DNA of 64,000 nt from Proteromonas lacertae (Eukaryota): NCBI GenBank assembly GCA_002245135.1, contig NGBS01000307.1, forward strand, positions 1 through 64,000, read 5' to 3'. The translations under genes were made by a program, and so were the position numbers. Shown here piece by piece: positions 63,083-64,000 of the stretch (positions are counted from its first letter, which is position 1; every line of letters starts with the position of its first letter). The notes under the pieces are model-generated. The model did no database searches. It was not told the origin of the DNA and saw nothing but the letters and a program-made list of their open reading frames with translations.

Positions 63083-64000
63083 TACTGATGTAATAAGATT
63101 CAGTAATTGCTTAATGGGTAATTTTAAATCTCCAATAAGTTTCTGAGATGTTTTATACTTTGGATTATTTATATAATCTAACAAACTAACCTTTACAACT
63201 TTATTTGGTTTTGGTGGAGGAACAACAGATGCTGAATCCGACTCAACTGATTCATCATCTGATTTATCTAATGAATAATCTTGAGATTCAATTACTTGAA
63301 TATATTTCTCAGCAGCTATTAATAAAATATTACATATACTAGTAATAAATATATATACTTTGTGGTGGAGGTGGAATACTTTCATATTTTTCTTTCCAAT
63401 ACTTCAAATCATCTTTACTAATTTCATACTGTTTATTCAATACACTTTTCTGTTGTCTTAATAACTCATTTTCCTCTTTTAATTTCTGTATTCTTTCTAA
63501 AGCTTCATCATATTTTCTGGTATATTCATTTGCTACTTGAGTTTTAACATATAATTCTTGGTCATACAACTATTAATAAAAAATAAAATAGAAGAGAAAC
63601 ATACTTTATATATTTTCTTTACCATTTCTAATGTATTTGTCTGAAAATCACTAACTATACACATCAATTCTCTATATTTACTTCTAACTCCTTCACTAAA
63701 ACATTCACAATCTTCATCTATATTTAAAGTACCATCTTCTTCTACAGACATATCAGCAATATGTGAAATATTGTATATTAAATCATCTGTAGTTTTTCTA
63801 ATCTTAAAACTATTTGTTTTTATTGTCTTTTGATAATTCACTATTTCCTTATACAGTGATTCTATATGATGATAATAAGAAGAAGAAAAAAAACATTATA
63901 CTCGATTCATCAGTCAATTGTAAATTGTTACTTATGTTCAAAAATATACTATACATTTGATTAACATATTCACTTGATTTTCTATATTGATGAGATAAAT
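61751..64000 (-). CDS. Coiled-coil + EF-hand protein, TSNAXIP1-like (5' end beyond or near the window edge)
   Basis: At least 8 short introns join the pieces. Motifs FPEFVYGYFLTKYGL, SRIRLFRQLC and an EF-hand-like LFKEVNQSKTGKITLDEF. Confidence 0.6.
63044..63080. repeat. (TAA)n microsatellite inside intron 63032-63085
   Basis: About 12 perfect trinucleotide units. They produce the spurious poly-Tyr in the ORF track. Confidence 0.9.

Noticed and set aside
1..64000. tRNA, rRNA, transposase/reverse transcriptase or telomeric repeats
   Set aside because: None was recognisable by eye. No GC-rich structural RNA blocks or mobile-element motifs were seen.

Overview
Very AT-rich, gene-dense eukaryotic nuclear DNA with the standard genetic code and many tiny GT-AG introns (mostly 25-50 nt, usually GTAT...TAG). 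The ORF track therefore fragments or misses genes. By manual splicing I reconstruct 21 protein-coding genes. In order: two tandem paralogous acidic repeat proteins (the first is 5'-truncated), kinesin-2, TFIIA large subunit, a ~2000-aa PA14/putative-Ig type-I surface protein, a pseudokinase-LRR protein, an atypical Rho-like GTPase, a hypothetical protein, organellar release factor 1, RBM48, MED8, midasin (17 kb), an EML5/6-like triple-TAPE protein, a TPP1/Est3-like OB-fold candidate, a TPT-family transporter, a MAP2K, a NEK-like kinase, TSR3, a helical-repeat protein, kinesin-14 and a 5'-truncated EF-hand/TSNAXIP1-like protein. The architecture suggests a gut stramenopile of the Blastocystis/Proteromonas group (inference only), but every gene end I could resolve has a complete genomic stop codon. 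The best novelty candidates are a structured ncRNA-like element in the single oversized midasin intron, the AKAP-like acidic scaffold pair, the TPP1-like protein and the degenerate signalling proteins. About 11 single-base frameshifts interrupt otherwise intact genes and are most likely assembly errors. All family assignments come from visual motif recognition, not database searches.
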